A DNA stretch of 61,478 bases, filler included, from Sphacelaria rigidula (lineage: Eukaryota), in assembly GCA_964200075.2 (NCBI GenBank). It is 10 parts of 10 records of this genome, joined end to end, with 100 filler letters (N's around TTAATTAATTAA, not from the genome) between each part and the next. Parts side by side here need not be neighbours in the genome. Positions count along the whole stretch, not along the records: positions 12,317 to 18,374 come from CAXNAA020022520.1; positions 18,475 to 24,532 come from CAXNAA020022521.1; positions 24,633 to 30,690 come from CAXNAA020022522.1; 7 more parts are not named here. One strand, 5' to 3'. The notes below the pieces were generated by a model. It ran no database searches. It saw only the letters and a list, made by a program, of their open reading frames with translations, and was not told where the DNA came from. Position numbers and translations under genes: made by a program. The first letter of the stretch is position 1. Every line of letters starts with the position of its first letter. Below, piece by piece: positions 12,489 through 26,171 of the stretch.

Positions 12489-15400
12489 TGAACACTACGT
12501 AGTGCGATCATCCCCATTGGGTGTGTGTGGGGGGGGGGATTATGTTAGAGCTGAGCACAACTTCGGGAAAATGGTGTAGCTGGCAAGGACACATCTGACG
12601 CATGAGCCGGACACCATTTTCAGGCTGGTCCGAGCGAAACAAAAGACCAAGTGGCCGTGGGACGAACAGCCTCATAGCTTGTGCAGGCACTCCGGAGTGC
12701 CACGCGTGGTCTGATCGGCCAGTCAAATACATTCATCGCTTCGTCTTCTATGCGGTCACACCAACAAACGGCCTGATGAAGGAAGTACAAGGGCGTTCGT
12801 TTCGTACAGTACTCTAGAGAAATCCGTGCCTGCTCTACTGTCCTGAAGAAGAGTGTCTGCGCGTCGCCAGTACATGGAGCATATTGATCTCATCCGATCT
12901 TCCATTCATCGCCGTCTAAACGTTTCGACCAAAACAAGTACTGGTCAATCTCCAATGTACGGGATTCCGAGCCTGTGGAAGCGTATACTCATGTATTCGA
13001 TTCTTTGCTTAAGATTCTAGAACTGCGGCCAGAAACGTCCAGGACGGACGCGCATCCAAAATAATTGCTACTTTTTCAGGTCCTTTCTCCTGGTCGGGGA
13101 ATCCAAGGGTGGATATATCCCTGAGATTCGACCGAATGGGTCCCTACGGAATTGCGCTGAAGAGCGAAGAACAGGTGGATGGGCTATGGTAGTGAAGGTT
13201 GTCGAATCGTCTATGTACTTCTTCCGTCAAACGTTGACGGCCTGAATCTCTGACTTTGAGCGAAGATTTTCTGGACGTAACTTCGATCTCTTGCGCCGGG
13301 ACTAGCCCGAATATTGTATCTCCAGTCAAACACGCTCTGCTGGTCTTTTCATTGCCTCTATAGCCGACCTTCGAGCTCGACTCAATCGATTCTTGCGATA
13401 ACCCGGGCCTTGGGTTGTTTCATAAACCTCGACAGTACGTCTTCCACTCACTGCGCACCGACATCGAGAACACCATGGCCTGGCCCAACAGACCCAATAC
13501 AACACTCCCCAATATATGTCTATCTAGCTGATCAACATCTATTAATACATCTATGTGAAAAGGTGATCCCTTGACAAGACACTTGTTGGAATTGGTCCCT
13601 TCTACGTGATGGTTCCCAGGTCTTCACATGGACTGCAACTGCGCTATATTTTCCCACCAATCATTTCATACATGAGACGAATAAACCATGGTTCGTCTAT
13701 ATTCATGTCTCTCACGAAATCATGGTCGTGAATCGCATATATATCGCGATTTTGATATGCTTGAGAGTTGTGATTCTTACAAAAGGACTCTTTCCGCCAC
13801 GTCCCCCACCTTTGATTGGTACGATACGAATAATTCCAAACATTTCCCCCACCCTTTGGCGGGTACACTACAATTCACTCCAACAGTATCATGTAAGCTC
13901 TTCAAGCGAGACTGGGCATTTCGATGAACCTTTATCAAAACTTCCTGTTGCATGAATTGGTATGAAGGAGCGGTATGCTCAGCGAATCAGCCATATAACT
14001 CAGACGCAAATTCGCACGTACTCATTCGTATTTGCACTTTTAGTATCGTCGAGAAACAAGGTAAGGTACGTGCACCCGGTGAAAAATCTGAGACGCCTCG
14101 CGTCCGAACGTGAACGATATTTCTCCTTGACTGCGCACCAATCCATTTTACTCCATTTCTGCCTACGCGATTTCTTCGTAGGTTCGATTTCCATGAATCT
14201 ACGAATAAACACTGGTCAAGGGGTCCCCTCAAATCCAAACAAGCACAAGCGAAGACTAGAGAAGCCAATCGTCAAGATTCGGGGATACAGTACACTGTAG
14301 TTCTCGACTGTTTGAACCGACCACGATCTCGCCGCAATTTTTACCTCAATCGATACCAAACCCTGTTCTGGTTCGCCAGGGCCGGGTATTACAGCGCACC
14401 GAGGTTTGCACCGGTAATCATACCGACAAGTGATAGTGAAGCTAGAGAGAAGAGGCGCAGACACGCGCAAGATATCTACACTATCACGTTGTAAACGTAT
14501 GGAAAATCCAGCCATTCCATTCGGGATGTGGAATGTGATATACCGCACGCAGCTCCTCATGTTTGAACCAAAGTGCAAGCTTTTATCCGACGGCGTCAAT
14601 GTGTCAACAGTGAAGTCAGCACCTCGTCTGGCAGTTTAGACGTTGCCATGGTGGCGTGGCCGGACTCCAAGTAAAACGGGTGCCAAGGTGGAACGTACGG
14701 CTACTATGGAAAATTTTGGAACGGATATCCTAGGCAGGACCATGAATCACCCACGCGCCTGAGACCCTGCTATCATACAGCACTCGTGGGAGAACAGTCC
14801 AAGACAAACAACAGGTGCGATTTCAGCCTCCATGAAGCGCGTCATGTGCGCGACTTTGGTGAAAACGACCCCAAGCGTGAGACTTCCCAACTGCTCGGTG
14901 TGCTTGGCTTGTCCTTTCGATTCGCAAATGTGTAATTGTCCTTCCTCAATCCAGCCACCTGTGTTGGGGGGGGGGGAGGGGGGGCGCTATTGCAGCATCA
15001 CTCGTGCATTACAGCGTTGGATATCAGTGACTATCGAGGAAACTTCAATTCGGGTGTGAACGTTTTGTGCCGCTGGCATGGAAACGTGCAACTTGCCGCA
15101 AAAAACGCCTGCAAGAGAGTTGGGAGGGGTTGATGGCGGGTGTGAGGTGGCGGTTCAAGGGGACTAGAGGATAGTAACCATTCAGCAGCAGCACGGTGAC
15201 ATCGTGAGGGGGAATTTGCCAACCTCATCCCCCGCCGCCGCCCCCCGCCGCCCCCCGCCGAGTTTCGGACATGACAAAATACATGTTTTTGTGTGACACA
15301 GCTCCGACTGCAGTAAAGAAACAACACCCCGGGTCTGTACTCGAGTGGTGCACAGGTCCATTAAGCAAGCGCTGATGCCGCCAACTGAGCTAGTGGCATT

Positions 15401-16179
15401 ACTGGGCACTGTAATACTAAGTTTGCTGATACTGCGGCCGTACCGGGCTGGGGTATGAGCCTCAGCAATAGTGGTTATCCGTCCGAAGAGTCTCACCTCA
15501 CCTAAGACCAAGAGTGTACAGGCTAGTCTTTTTCTGGGGTATGAGCGTCAGCAATATTGGTCACCCCTCCGAAGATTTTCACCTCGATTCCGTAGCCCGT
15601 GTTGCTCAGTTTTGTGTCCCTTGCGTTATTTGCTGTCTTGCTCCAATATTTGCTCTAAATTCAAGCATTTCCAATACTGCACCAGTAATTGAATGGTCAT
15701 ATGACTCGCACTTGAGCTAGATGTCACGTTCCCACCGGTGGTACCGTATACAACAAAGAAGTTGGCTGGTACCGCACTGGACTCAAGTGCTTGGCCACCC
15801 CACCCCCTGCCAACCCCACCCCTATATCTTCGTGAATCGAATTCCGACACTCCGAGTTTTCATTTTCCTTGTTGAGTTTCCATAGTGCCCCCTTGGCAGC
15901 ACCCCTCTCCTTGCCTCTTGTAGGTTAAATGTCGCAGCAACAAACTACCGTACATTCGGCCTGTGAGCACAGACACAGAGACACCAAACTACTGTGTAGT
16001 TTGTGTGTGCACTGCACTGTTTGTAAAGATACAGTGTGCGATGTTTCATTGAGGTAGAATGACACGCGCGTCCAACTTGTACACTACTGCAATACCAGAA
16101 GCCGGTGCAAAATCTTCCCCGCCATGACCCGGTAAGGTGATATTAAGACATGATGCCGGGTAAAAATACCGGGACTCTT

Positions 16180-17562
16180 CACTGGACGGGAATATCACGG
16201 GATACTCGTTCGGAGGAGACGGGGTAGCCGGTCCCGTCCCGACGAGTTTCAGCGCCACGCTTCCTTCCCGTCCCGTCCCGATACATCACCAAATGCCCCA
16301 TCACGTTTCCTCACTTGTTCAGTCAACAAGAAATGTACCCGCCCCGCCCGGTTATTTTTCCAATGGACGGGAAACACACCCGTCCCGTCCCGCCGTGTTT
16401 TTAGGGCCGCACTTCCTGTCCCGTCCCGTTCCATCCTGACCTTCTTTATTTTTCAAACGACGGGGAAAGTGCCCGTCCCATTCCGAGGCCGTTTTCGTCT
16501 TTCCTGTACTGTCCCATTCTCACGGGATGTCCTCCACACTTTCCTGTGTTATGTCACAGGGCGTCACGTCCCGCACGTGCGGGACACACTGTGAACGGGA
16601 TAGTATTTCCCGTCATATCTCAGCGGGACATGGTTGAGTACAGTACAGCAGCCAGCACAACTGTAGTGTCAGCAAGCTGTCAGAGCGTCCCCAGTTGCCC
16701 TACTGACCTTGAGCTGTACGATGGGCAACACTGTACTAAAATACCACTAAGCTGTCGAAGTACCGTCGTCAGCTGCTGTGCTGGCCCCGACCCGTTACCG
16801 GAGAACCGTGCATGCCAACATGCTTTGCCTGGTGACAAGCTGAGAGATGTCATGTGCAACTTGAACCTGAGCCAATATTCGCCTAACGTTCATTCAAACA
16901 CCATATGCTCGGTTCAACCTTTCAGGCTTGCACAAGAGCTCAAGTATTACACAGTGCTTGCAACAACCATCCTGAACATGAGGATTTCACGCCGAATGTC
17001 GCGACAGACGTCTGATGAAATCAACAAGCCCAGCCACCAGCCAGTATTGTCTCGCATGGTGATGTAGGGTCGACACATTCGGTAGTTGGTACTATTTTAT
17101 CGTCTTAGCTATCAGTAGTGGCTACTCTTGTTTTCCTCCGACTGAATCGTTGTTATAACCGCACCGATTTCATGTCAAATACGTTTTTGGATGTTTTGTT
17201 CTCCGAAAAAATGAATGACAAAAAGTTCTCACGGAACTTCTGCTTTCGAAACGGTTGGTTTAGGGTGTTGATGCACACTGTGTAGCAAGGAACGTAGGGG
17301 GTACCACGGGGTGTGCTTTGTATTTCCCGTGAAAGCAGGATGGAAAGGGAAGGGATGTCGCGGAACAAGGCTTACTAATTCCATGAAGACGGGCCAACCC
17401 GCCCCGAAGAAATTCCCCAAAAAAAATGTCTCCTCCAGAAATTGTTTCGGGCAACGTGAAAAATCTCCGTCCCGTCACATCATTGTCCGTCGTCTTCCCG
17501 TCCCATTCCATCCCCGGTAACGGGCTCTCCCGTCCCGTCTTGTTGTCCTGTGAACAGCCCTA
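16180..17562. mobile_element. Degraded TIR element(s) with many CCCGTCCC subterminal motifs (hAT-like)
   Basis: Motif clusters at 16230-16610 and 17320-17545, ending GTGAACAGCCCTA. A matching left TIR was not found. Confidence 0.4.
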
Positions 17563-18245
17563 GGAAACTACAGTCCACGCACCGAACAACTGCCGTCTGT
17601 ACTGTACTGTTCGTACGGCATTGCTTGCAAATTACAGTGTCACAAATGGAATATATTGAAGCACTCGCACGCCGCACTCGCTCTGCGTAGCGTACACTAC
17701 TGCGCTGCTCCCGTGCCGAACCCCCCCCGCCACCACCCGCCAAGGTGATAGCAAGAGTACATGTTGTGTCGGTAGATACGCTAATACCGTCCCACGGGTG
17801 ATAGCTGTGTGTCGACCAAGATTTGCTTGGGTGCCCTTTTTTCTTTCCTGCGGTGAGGGTCTTACAGCCTCGGTGGGGGTCTCCCAGACATTTCAGGGCA
17901 CAGGGCGCACCTATTCGCAACGGAGGCGATGAAATCTGCGGCGATCTCATGCTTCATTTTTTACACTTTTGTTAACGTGGGATTGTGAGGCACACAGTAT
18001 GGTCTACGGCGATAAGCAAGTCAGCGTGACGAGAATATTCAGAGCTGTTGACACTTCGATACCTCTGTTGATTCAGAATATAGTGCCCCCGTGAAGCTCT
18101 GATAACAATGTTGGCCAAGCGCGCACGATCTTGCCGAAAGGGGGAAGGCGACTCTACGTTGCTTACCTCAATTTTCTAACCATTGACCCCCCATCCTGTT
18201 CGAGACGGGGCCTCGCCGAATGGGGGGGGGGGCGGCGGGCGAGGG

Positions 18246-18374
18246 TGTATTCATGATCATGCATGCCATTGTCGTAAGACCATTGATCTCACATCCCTAC
18301 AAAGCCGGAACGGAGCACGCCGGGTTTTCGCCGGACCAGGCTCGCACTCAACCACCAAGCGCGAAGCGCCGCGG
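18246..18374 (-). mobile_element. Family F element, 3' half, abutting a G/C tract (cut by contig end)
   Basis: Colinear with 55752-55880; minus-strand end ATGAATACA followed by a C-rich tract. Confidence 0.8.
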
Positions 18375-19430
18375 NNNNNNNNNNNNNNNNNNNNNNNNNN
18401 NNNNNNNNNNNNNNNNNNTTAATTAATTAANNNNNNNNNNNNNNNNNNNNNNNNNNNNNNNNNNNNNNNNNNNNAATGGCCCAAAATACCCCCCCCCCTA
18501 TCGTAGGATGACTCTTAAGCTCACACGGGATTGACCGAGGGCCAGTTCTTTCCGATTCACATTCTCAGACAGCACAATACGTTATCACATCCGCGGTTAT
18601 CGATCGGGGCGGATCTACGAATTTTCGCATATGGGGACCGAAATATCACACTAGCTGATGCTCCGTTGGGAAAAGCGCATTTCGCAAAATCGCAAGAGGA
18701 GTGATCAATACGTCACGGATGACAACAGTCGACACAATAGTCCCACGTTTGAAGCACCACGTTACAAACAGACGGTATAGTGGTGGCGTTCCCGGCATTA
18801 GGCATCGCTCGTGGCTGGCAGGAAGGCGACATGTATCGTGGTATCGAATAAGCATCCGGTTGAGTCAAATCATGCGCATGCAAATACGTGATGATTAACA
18901 TATACCATGTTGGCTATGCCGGAACATGTTGCAAATACACCTGTGCACTGAACATTAATTTATTTTACTATCATGACGATATGTATCACATGCTGACGTA
19001 CCCAGTATGGTTCAGGGGGATCCGTACTGAAATGTCTCACCGTGTTCAGCAACCAACCAGCAAAGGCACAACAAGAGGGAATGCGTCCAACGCAGTACAC
19101 TTCACATGGAACGGCAAGGACCTTGATCACAGCTCCAGAAGCGATTCAGTTTCTCTTTCGTGATGGTGGTTTTGATAGCCTCATCATAAGATTCACATAA
19201 GCTCTTCGCTCGTTGTTGCTCATCGTCAAGAGAGTAAAACCGAGGGTCGCAGCGGGTCATGAAACCCACGGTGCGCAGGAAGGCGTGCCTGTAACCGTTA
19301 CAACGGACACTACTCCATCTCCTCCAGTTGAAATACCCGTAGGTCACACCAACTAGCCCTCCGAGCCCGTCAGTTGAATATCTAAGCTCATCCTCGTGCT
19401 ACCCTCGCACCATTACTCCGCGATCCATGA

Positions 19431-19940
19431 CACGACTACTACTGTCTGTAGTGCTGGAGAGTTGGTAGCCATGGACATAAATTTCATCAACCGTATCCAA
19501 CAGCCCCGACGGCGGGCGGGTACATTTGTGGTTTCATATAGAGGTGTACTGCGTAATGTGTAGGAGCGGAGAAATTGTTACTCCGGTACGCAGAACACCT
19601 TTTCCCCACAACAATGGCCGGCCCTCCTCCTACATCGAATTCCCGACGGCGGGCGGGTATGTTTTTTGTACAGTGTAGGAGCGGAGAGACTGCTGCTCCG
19701 GTACGCAGTACACTTTCCCCCCACAACCACACTAACACATACACTTTACAGTACGACTACTACTGCCTGTAGTGTTGGAGAGGTGGTAGCCATGGAGATG
19801 AATTTCATCAACCGTATTCAACAGTCCCGACGGCGAGCGGGTATGTTTGTGGTTTCATATAGAAGTGTACTTTGTACTGTGTAGGAGCGGAGAGACTGTT
19901 GCTCCGGTACGCAGTACACCTTTTCCCCACAACCATGGCC
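19431..19940 (+). repeat. Local direct repeat: ~190-bp units at 19431-19620 and 19751-19940, with an internally deleted unit at 19641-19728
   Basis: Shared blocks GTAGCCATGGA, CCCGACGGCGRGCGGGTA, GTGTAGGAGCGGAGA and CTCCGGTACGCAG. Confidence 0.85.
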
Positions 19941-21558
19941 GTTCAGCAACCACGTCGGCCGTCAACGCCCCCGACCGCCTATTTATTTCGTCAAGTGCTG
20001 TTGCCGCGGACGCAGTGATTGGCGTTCCGCCCTACGCGTCGAAAGATCTCTTTGGGCGTAGAATACTCCTTGGTCTCGGTTGTGTACCTTGGGGAGCGCT
20101 CACTACGTCACACAGTTCCGTTTGCGGGGGAGGTGGCGCAAGTACGATTGCACTAGCAGCGTCGCTGAAATTGTACCAATGACAACAGGCATAGCAGCCA
20201 ATCAGGCAACGGGCAAGAACAGCTTCGGAGTTTCGGTTCAGTTATGCCGCTGGGATAGTACGTCGAGTGGCGAGTTTGTGCGACAACGGCAGCAGCGATG
20301 TTCGCCCGCCGGTTCGCAAGCACATACATTGTTTGATGAGGGCACTAGCTATTTGCATGTGGTTACTCTGAGGTATGGTAGGGTGGCACTGCACGAGAAG
20401 TTGGCTCATCAACTCCGAGTGATACGCCGGCCCAAGAAACTCAGGGGGGTGCTCTTCTATGGACTGGGAGGGCAACTGGGAAGCTGACTGTTTGGGCACC
20501 TGGCAACAGATGATATGTAGCCTCTCGTGCAGAAATGTCCGACATTGTTTGTCCCCGAATGAACAAGAAATATTTTTTCACGGCGTAGACTCGGAGATCG
20601 ACGAAGAAGAGACCATGCGTCAAGTAGCAGAACAAGCAGCAGCGGCAGCAGCAGCAGTGTATGAAGCAAAGCGTGCGCGTGTGGAACACGTTTCACACTT
20701 GGAGCAAGCGGAACAAGCAGCAGCGACAGCAGCAGCTTCAGCAGTGTACGCAGCGAAGCGTGCAAGTGTCGAACTCGTCTCACGTATGACAGCTACAGTA
20801 CCGTACGCAGCGAAGTGACCAGGGGCCGCCACGCCTGCGGAACGACAACCAGTCCTGCTGGACCTAGAGGCAGGGAAAAGCGGCAGCTCGCTTGCGCCGG
20901 AAGAGTTGGCTTCAGGGAGGTCACTACCGGTGTTCGAGGCAGAATTTGCGGTGGAGGAGTTTGTTGAAGGGGGGACATTGCCGATTTTGGATGGGAAATC
21001 GGACGGTGAGGACAGCAGCTACCGCAACAGTGGTAGCGAAATTTGCTGCCGAAAAGCGCAAGTGCGCTTGAAGACGCAGGAGCACACAATGCTGCTGCGA
21101 GCTAGCGAACCAAACAGACGAACACAACATGCTTCGACGTGCTGGCCAAAATAAAGAGGGAAAAGGGAAAGCACACTAGGGGCACAACGTCTACGTGGGT
21201 GGTACCGAAGTCAACCGCCGAAGGGCAATCACATGCGGCGAGCGCATGGTGGCTGAGGAAGCAAGGGAATAAGCAACTCCAAGACTGCCAGGGGTCCAGT
21301 GCCAGTCATATGAAAAGCCAAAAGCGAGAATACTAAAAGCTCCAGTAGTCGAGGATGAAGGTGCTCCAAGCAAGGTCCATTCGTTGTCCGTGGTTGTGTG
21401 CCGAAGGAGGTCCGGTTGTAGGCTTTTGAAGAAGTCGGTGGGTGGCACTTGTGTGCCCTGGATGATGGAAGCAGGGGGAGATATCTAAACGACAGGGGAA
21501 GCAAACAAAAGAGAAAGTAAAAATGTCGTGGATCGGAAAGCAAAAGGTCTGAGGGAGC

Positions 21559-24462
21559 TTAGAGCGGTGCGGTAACATCATGTGTGCGATCGATATTATG
21601 TTGGATTCCATGGTGGAGGCCTTTGGATTTGAGTCGCTGAAGACACCAAGACCCCCGTGGTGCGGATGGACTGGTGGTATAGAGCTCTAGGCGGAGCTTG
21701 AGCTGCACGGGTCCGGGATCATCGATGAAGCGCACGATGTATATGTCAGGCGCGATGAGGTCTGTGGAGTGGGTCTGGCCTAGCCACCAGAGGTTGTCGC
21801 TGCCTTTGGACCAGAGGAAGGCGCCTTTGGGGAGGATTTCCTGTTTTGCGCAGATCTTTTCTTTCCAATGCTGGGTGGCTACCAATTCATAGCCATCGGC
21901 GACAAAGCGCAAACCTTTGTCACGGTGAAGTTCGCGTGCTGCTGCGCCGCGGCGCATGTTGCGATATTTCTTGTTGTTAGCAAGATGTTGCTGCTGAGGT
22001 TGTGTCTAGTACAGGAGAATAGCTCGGCGGTGCAGCTGAAGGTCGGATTCGCGTTCCCAAGACGCTCTTCGAAGGCCTTGCCAGTGAGTTTTGTACATGA
22101 CAGCAATCTTACCGCCTCGACCGCGGGTGATCTGCTGACCAGAAATGTGGAACACGGCGAGACGAAGGGGTTATTCCGTCACATCGTCGGTAGTAACGTG
22201 ATAAGGCGGTGACTTGGTCGAATAGATATTAAGTACGTACTGCGAAAGACCGGCAGGTAGATATTTGGGCATGTCTCTAGTGTCATGCGGATTGATGCAA
22301 GGTTTACAACGGTACACAGAGACGCGAGGTTTGGCGTCATGTCCTTGAAGATCGCGAGGAGGATCGAGATAAAGAAGTTTGCCACCAACAGGTTTCCCAT
22401 CAGGTGATGATGGCGAGGGCCCTACGGTCAGAATCTTGAATGGTCCTGCCCAGTTGAGGGATAACTTAGTCTTCAAGACGGTCTCGTTGGCAGCTTTATT
22501 GGCGCCTTGGCGAATGGTTGACAAACTGTTGTAAAGCCAAACCCAATCGCCAACCTTCCAAGTATGTCGTTTGTGCATCAGGTTGTAGAGAGCATCATCA
22601 GATCTCTCAAGGCACGAGGCGTTGATAGCGTGTTGTTCACGCACGAGAGTGAAAGCTTTGCGCTGGCGTGCATGGGCCAGGTCATGGTAGGATATCTGAT
22701 CCTGATCCAAGCCTTGGTGGCCATCAAAGGTGTGTTTCTCAAACACGGTGATGGGCAGGCGGGGGTAGCGACCGAGATGTAACTCGTTCGGAGAAAGACC
22801 GGTAGCAGCGTTGACGGAGTTGTTATAAGACAGCATGACATGTGAGAGATGGAGATCCCAATCGTTTTGTCGATCGTTGACTACCATAGACAGCATCTGA
22901 GTTATGGTGTGGTTAACTCTTTCTGTGCCATCGTTACCATTCGGGTGATGAGCGCTCGTGGCTATCTTTCGAATGCCCAGGAGCGTATACAGTTCGTCCG
23001 AGAGATCGGAGCAAAATTGCTGACCATTGTCGGAGAGAAGCCGTTTCGGGCAACCATAGTGCTTGATATAGTCGTGAACTAAGATGTTAGCGGTACCTGC
23101 CGCTGTGGAGTCTCCAGCGGTGACGGCGTACATGGCTGCGTGACGGCTGAACGGTCGGTAAAGAGCAAGATGTAGGTGTTACCACGATCAGTGGGCGGTA
23201 ATGGACCGAAATAGTCGAAAGACACGAGGGGACCAGGAGCGTTGGGAAGTGCCATCGAAATGACTGGCCAACGTATTGTCTGTCGTGAGGTTTTGCGAGC
23301 TTGACACTTGAAGCATCGCCGAATCCAGAAGCGAGTGGACACCTCCATACCGATCCATCAGTAAAAGCGTTCGAGTAACGCAAATATGCGCGTGACACCA
23401 AGGTGGCAAGACAAGTCAGTGTGGCAGCCTTTCATTACCCACGGTCGCATCAAAAATGGGACATATATCCGAGTGGGTTCATCGTCGAGTAGGCGTGCGT
23501 GACGTCCAGTGGGTGCGGATGAAGTTACACCCTGCCTAGGCGTAGGGCGGCGGACAAGCAGTTCGATTCCGTCATCAGTTGTGAAGATAGTACCTTTACG
23601 TGCGAGTTCGTACACTTCAGCGGCGTTTGGTGGTGGCAATGTGCCAACAGGGCCAGTAAATTGGCCGGGATAGGGGCAGGGCAGCCAGCAGGGAGGTACC
23701 GCATGGTTGCGCGGCAGAATGGTTCTGATTGTTGTTCACGAGCCCAATCACGACAGGAGTAACTGGCGAGAAATTCACGCAGTTGGCCTTCCGCCGGAGA
23801 GCCGTCGAGGCATGGTGGCTCAGGAAGCGGGAGGAACAGGTGACGGGGCGGAGGTGCCAACGTCGATGTGTACATCGGGAGCATCAGAAGGGGCGGGCAC
23901 GGACGGGGCCGCGGGGCGGCGATGTCGCAGTAGTGCGCGCCGGAGATCGCGCTCGGCGCTTGTTGTGAGAACTGCGCGTGGTGGGGGTTGTCATGGTTCG
24001 TGGTGCGGTGTTGCGGGAAGTCGGCGCTACGCTGCTCGTAGGAGCAGTAGGTGTTATCGGTGGCGGCGGGACGCGAGGAGGGTTAGCGCGGGCGGCAGAC
24101 CGAGAGCGCGTATAGTTGGAAATGAAATGGACAACTGGAGATGGCGAAACTGCAATATTTACGCGAGGACCGATAGTACGGAAATCGGTGAAATCGGCGT
24201 CTGTGGGTTTGAGCCCATCCAAGACTGCATCATACGGTAGGGGGCGAGGGCCGCCCATGTGCATACCCGTCTCTGGGCAATGAAGGTCAAGGGCGTAGAT
24301 GGGCGTTGAGAAACGTCGGATAGGGTACACGCCGGGTTCATCGGGTTCAGTTAGTCGGCAAATGGGGCTGAAATCGAGAGCCGTTGGAGGGAGGGGCAAG
24401 CGGGAAAGAAGGTCAGCATTCCCCTCTGTTTTGCCAGGGCGGTGCTTGACAGTATACTGATG
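21559..24462 (-). mobile_element. Ty3/Gypsy pol 3' part (end of RNase H, Pro/Thr-rich linker, integrase zinc finger, integrase core, C-terminal extension); frameshifted
   Basis: YTVKHRPGKTEGNADLLSRLP (RNase H end); CH...HLGVTR...FY*WIGM...CFKCQARK (HHCC); VSFDYFGPLP, LLSDNGQQF, HPNGNDGTERVNHT (DDE core); LNWAGPFKI (GPY/F motif). Confidence 0.93.
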
Positions 24463-24724
24463 AGTGATGCTACGGTAGGGGTACAGAAATAATTTCTGAG
24501 ATTAGAATTGTGAGGAGCCCTTTATCTCATCCNNNNNNNNNNNNNNNNNNNNNNNNNNNNNNNNNNNNNNNNNNNNTTAATTAATTAANNNNNNNNNNNN
24601 NNNNNNNNNNNNNNNNNNNNNNNNNNNNNNNNTCCTCGGTACTTCTGCTACAAACAGTTCGCGAGTCGGGTTGCGCACTTGAGCCTCAAAACAGAGTTAA
24701 ACCTCAATTCGCACAATTTTCTGT

Positions 24725-25270
24725 TTGGTTCAATTCGCAGCCAAAAAGGGGGTAGTTCGCAGCAGTATCAGTAAGGTATTGCGTGAATGGCTTAGGGTAT
24801 CACAGGACTACCGGTCCACAAATCACCCAAGAGGTCAGGGTACCGTTGAGAGGGCAGGGGCATGGACACATGGTATATTTTCCGAACTGTGCAAATCATG
24901 GCCTGACGAGTGGGACGGGTAGGTGGACCCAACGTGTTGGGCCAAACGTACACTTTCAGATCCATCCGTCCCTTCCAACATGCTCCAATTCAACTCCTCT
25001 TCGGCCGTACTCCTCCGGCTGCCCTAGACACTGTGGTACGGCAAATGAGCGACACTGACACCGCGTTAGGTCTACAGAATTTTGTGAAACAAACAATAAA
25101 ACGTAAACCAGACCAGGTTAAGGTAGTCCTGGAAGCCAAACAGGGAAACAAGCAAACGGCTCGACAGAGACGGAGTGCAAGCATCATGAGACACGTCCCG
25201 GGAACGTCGGCGATAGAGTGGAGACAGGTAAGGTATATGGTTGCCTTGATCCATACTGGCGCGTGAGATA
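24725..25270 (+). pseudogene. Decayed Ty3/Gypsy integrase core
   Basis: NHPRGQGTVERAG...LCKSWPDEWD and QLLFGRTP motifs, with stops and frameshifts. Confidence 0.8.
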
Positions 25271-25554
25271 CCCGAACGACGAGTGATTGAAATTCAGCAG
25301 GAGGGAATTGCGTAAAATTAGCAGTTAAGAGTGAGTGATATCCTGTACATACCGACAACGGGCTGCAAGCTCTAGGTAGCAGAAGCCATGCCACCAGACG
25401 CGCATCCCCCCAAGTGAGTGATCCACAGGTGGAGAACCTGGTGCAGGATGAACACGGGTGGAACATCCACTCCCGCTCAGAGATGCAGTAGAAAATGAAA
25501 ACGTTACCTGGTCTCACGGGTGTAGCCGAAACGGGTGGCAGCCGCATCTGGATG

Positions 25555-25760
25555 TAGAAGAAACGCGCCTCTATCCCGTACTTTCCCGGTGGAAAGCTAT
25601 AGACAAGTGTGTATGAAACTGGGTGCAGCCGAAACGGGCCTCTATCCCGTATTTTCCTTGTGAGAAACTACAGGGAAGTGTGTACGAAACTGGGTGCAGC
25701 CGAAACAGGCTTCTATCCCGTATTTTCCTTGTGGTAAACTATGGAGGAGTGTGTATGAAG
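25555..25760 (+). repeat. ~70-bp tandem repeat x3, 3' of the Gypsy relic
   Basis: Unit GCAGCCGAAACRGGCYTCTATCCCGTATTTTCC...GTGTGTAYGAAACTGGGT. Confidence 0.85.
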
Positions 25761-25845
25761 CTCTGCCATCATACCACACGGTCCCTGGTTGATTGTGCTA
25801 GTGTCAACCCGATCAGGTATGCCGGGTAAAGTACTTGGGGAGCTA

Positions 25846-26171
25846 CGTGACGCTATGTTACAAGGTAAATAATGACCCTGTAGAGAAGACTATGAAGTGA
25901 TCCAACTGCGGGTCCTGATACCTTAACCCGCGCGAGGATGAGACAAAACAAACAACGGGATAGGCGACTGTCGGTGACCCCTCCGCTCAGGAGAAAAAGA
26001 ACATGAGCCCAAAACGATCTCTGAGAGCAATATTCGCCACTTGATGATGAACTGCACTCGACCACTACTGAACACTGAATATGACACCACCCACCCTTCA
26101 CGAAGGAATAACCTACATGCTGAACGTTGTGCGTGCGTGCCCCGTCTCTCTACTGCGTCGGACTCGTGACA
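25846..26171 (+). repeat. Candidate 3' LTR of the Gypsy relic
   Basis: Preceded by a short purine tract (TTGGGGAGC) and ends CGTGACA. No second LTR is available for confirmation. Confidence 0.3.

Noticed and set aside
25555..25760. CRISPR-like array (also considered for 19431-19940, 50780-53720 and 54534-54702)
   Set aside because: Units repeat along their whole length with no unique spacers; no cas genes; eukaryotic TE context.
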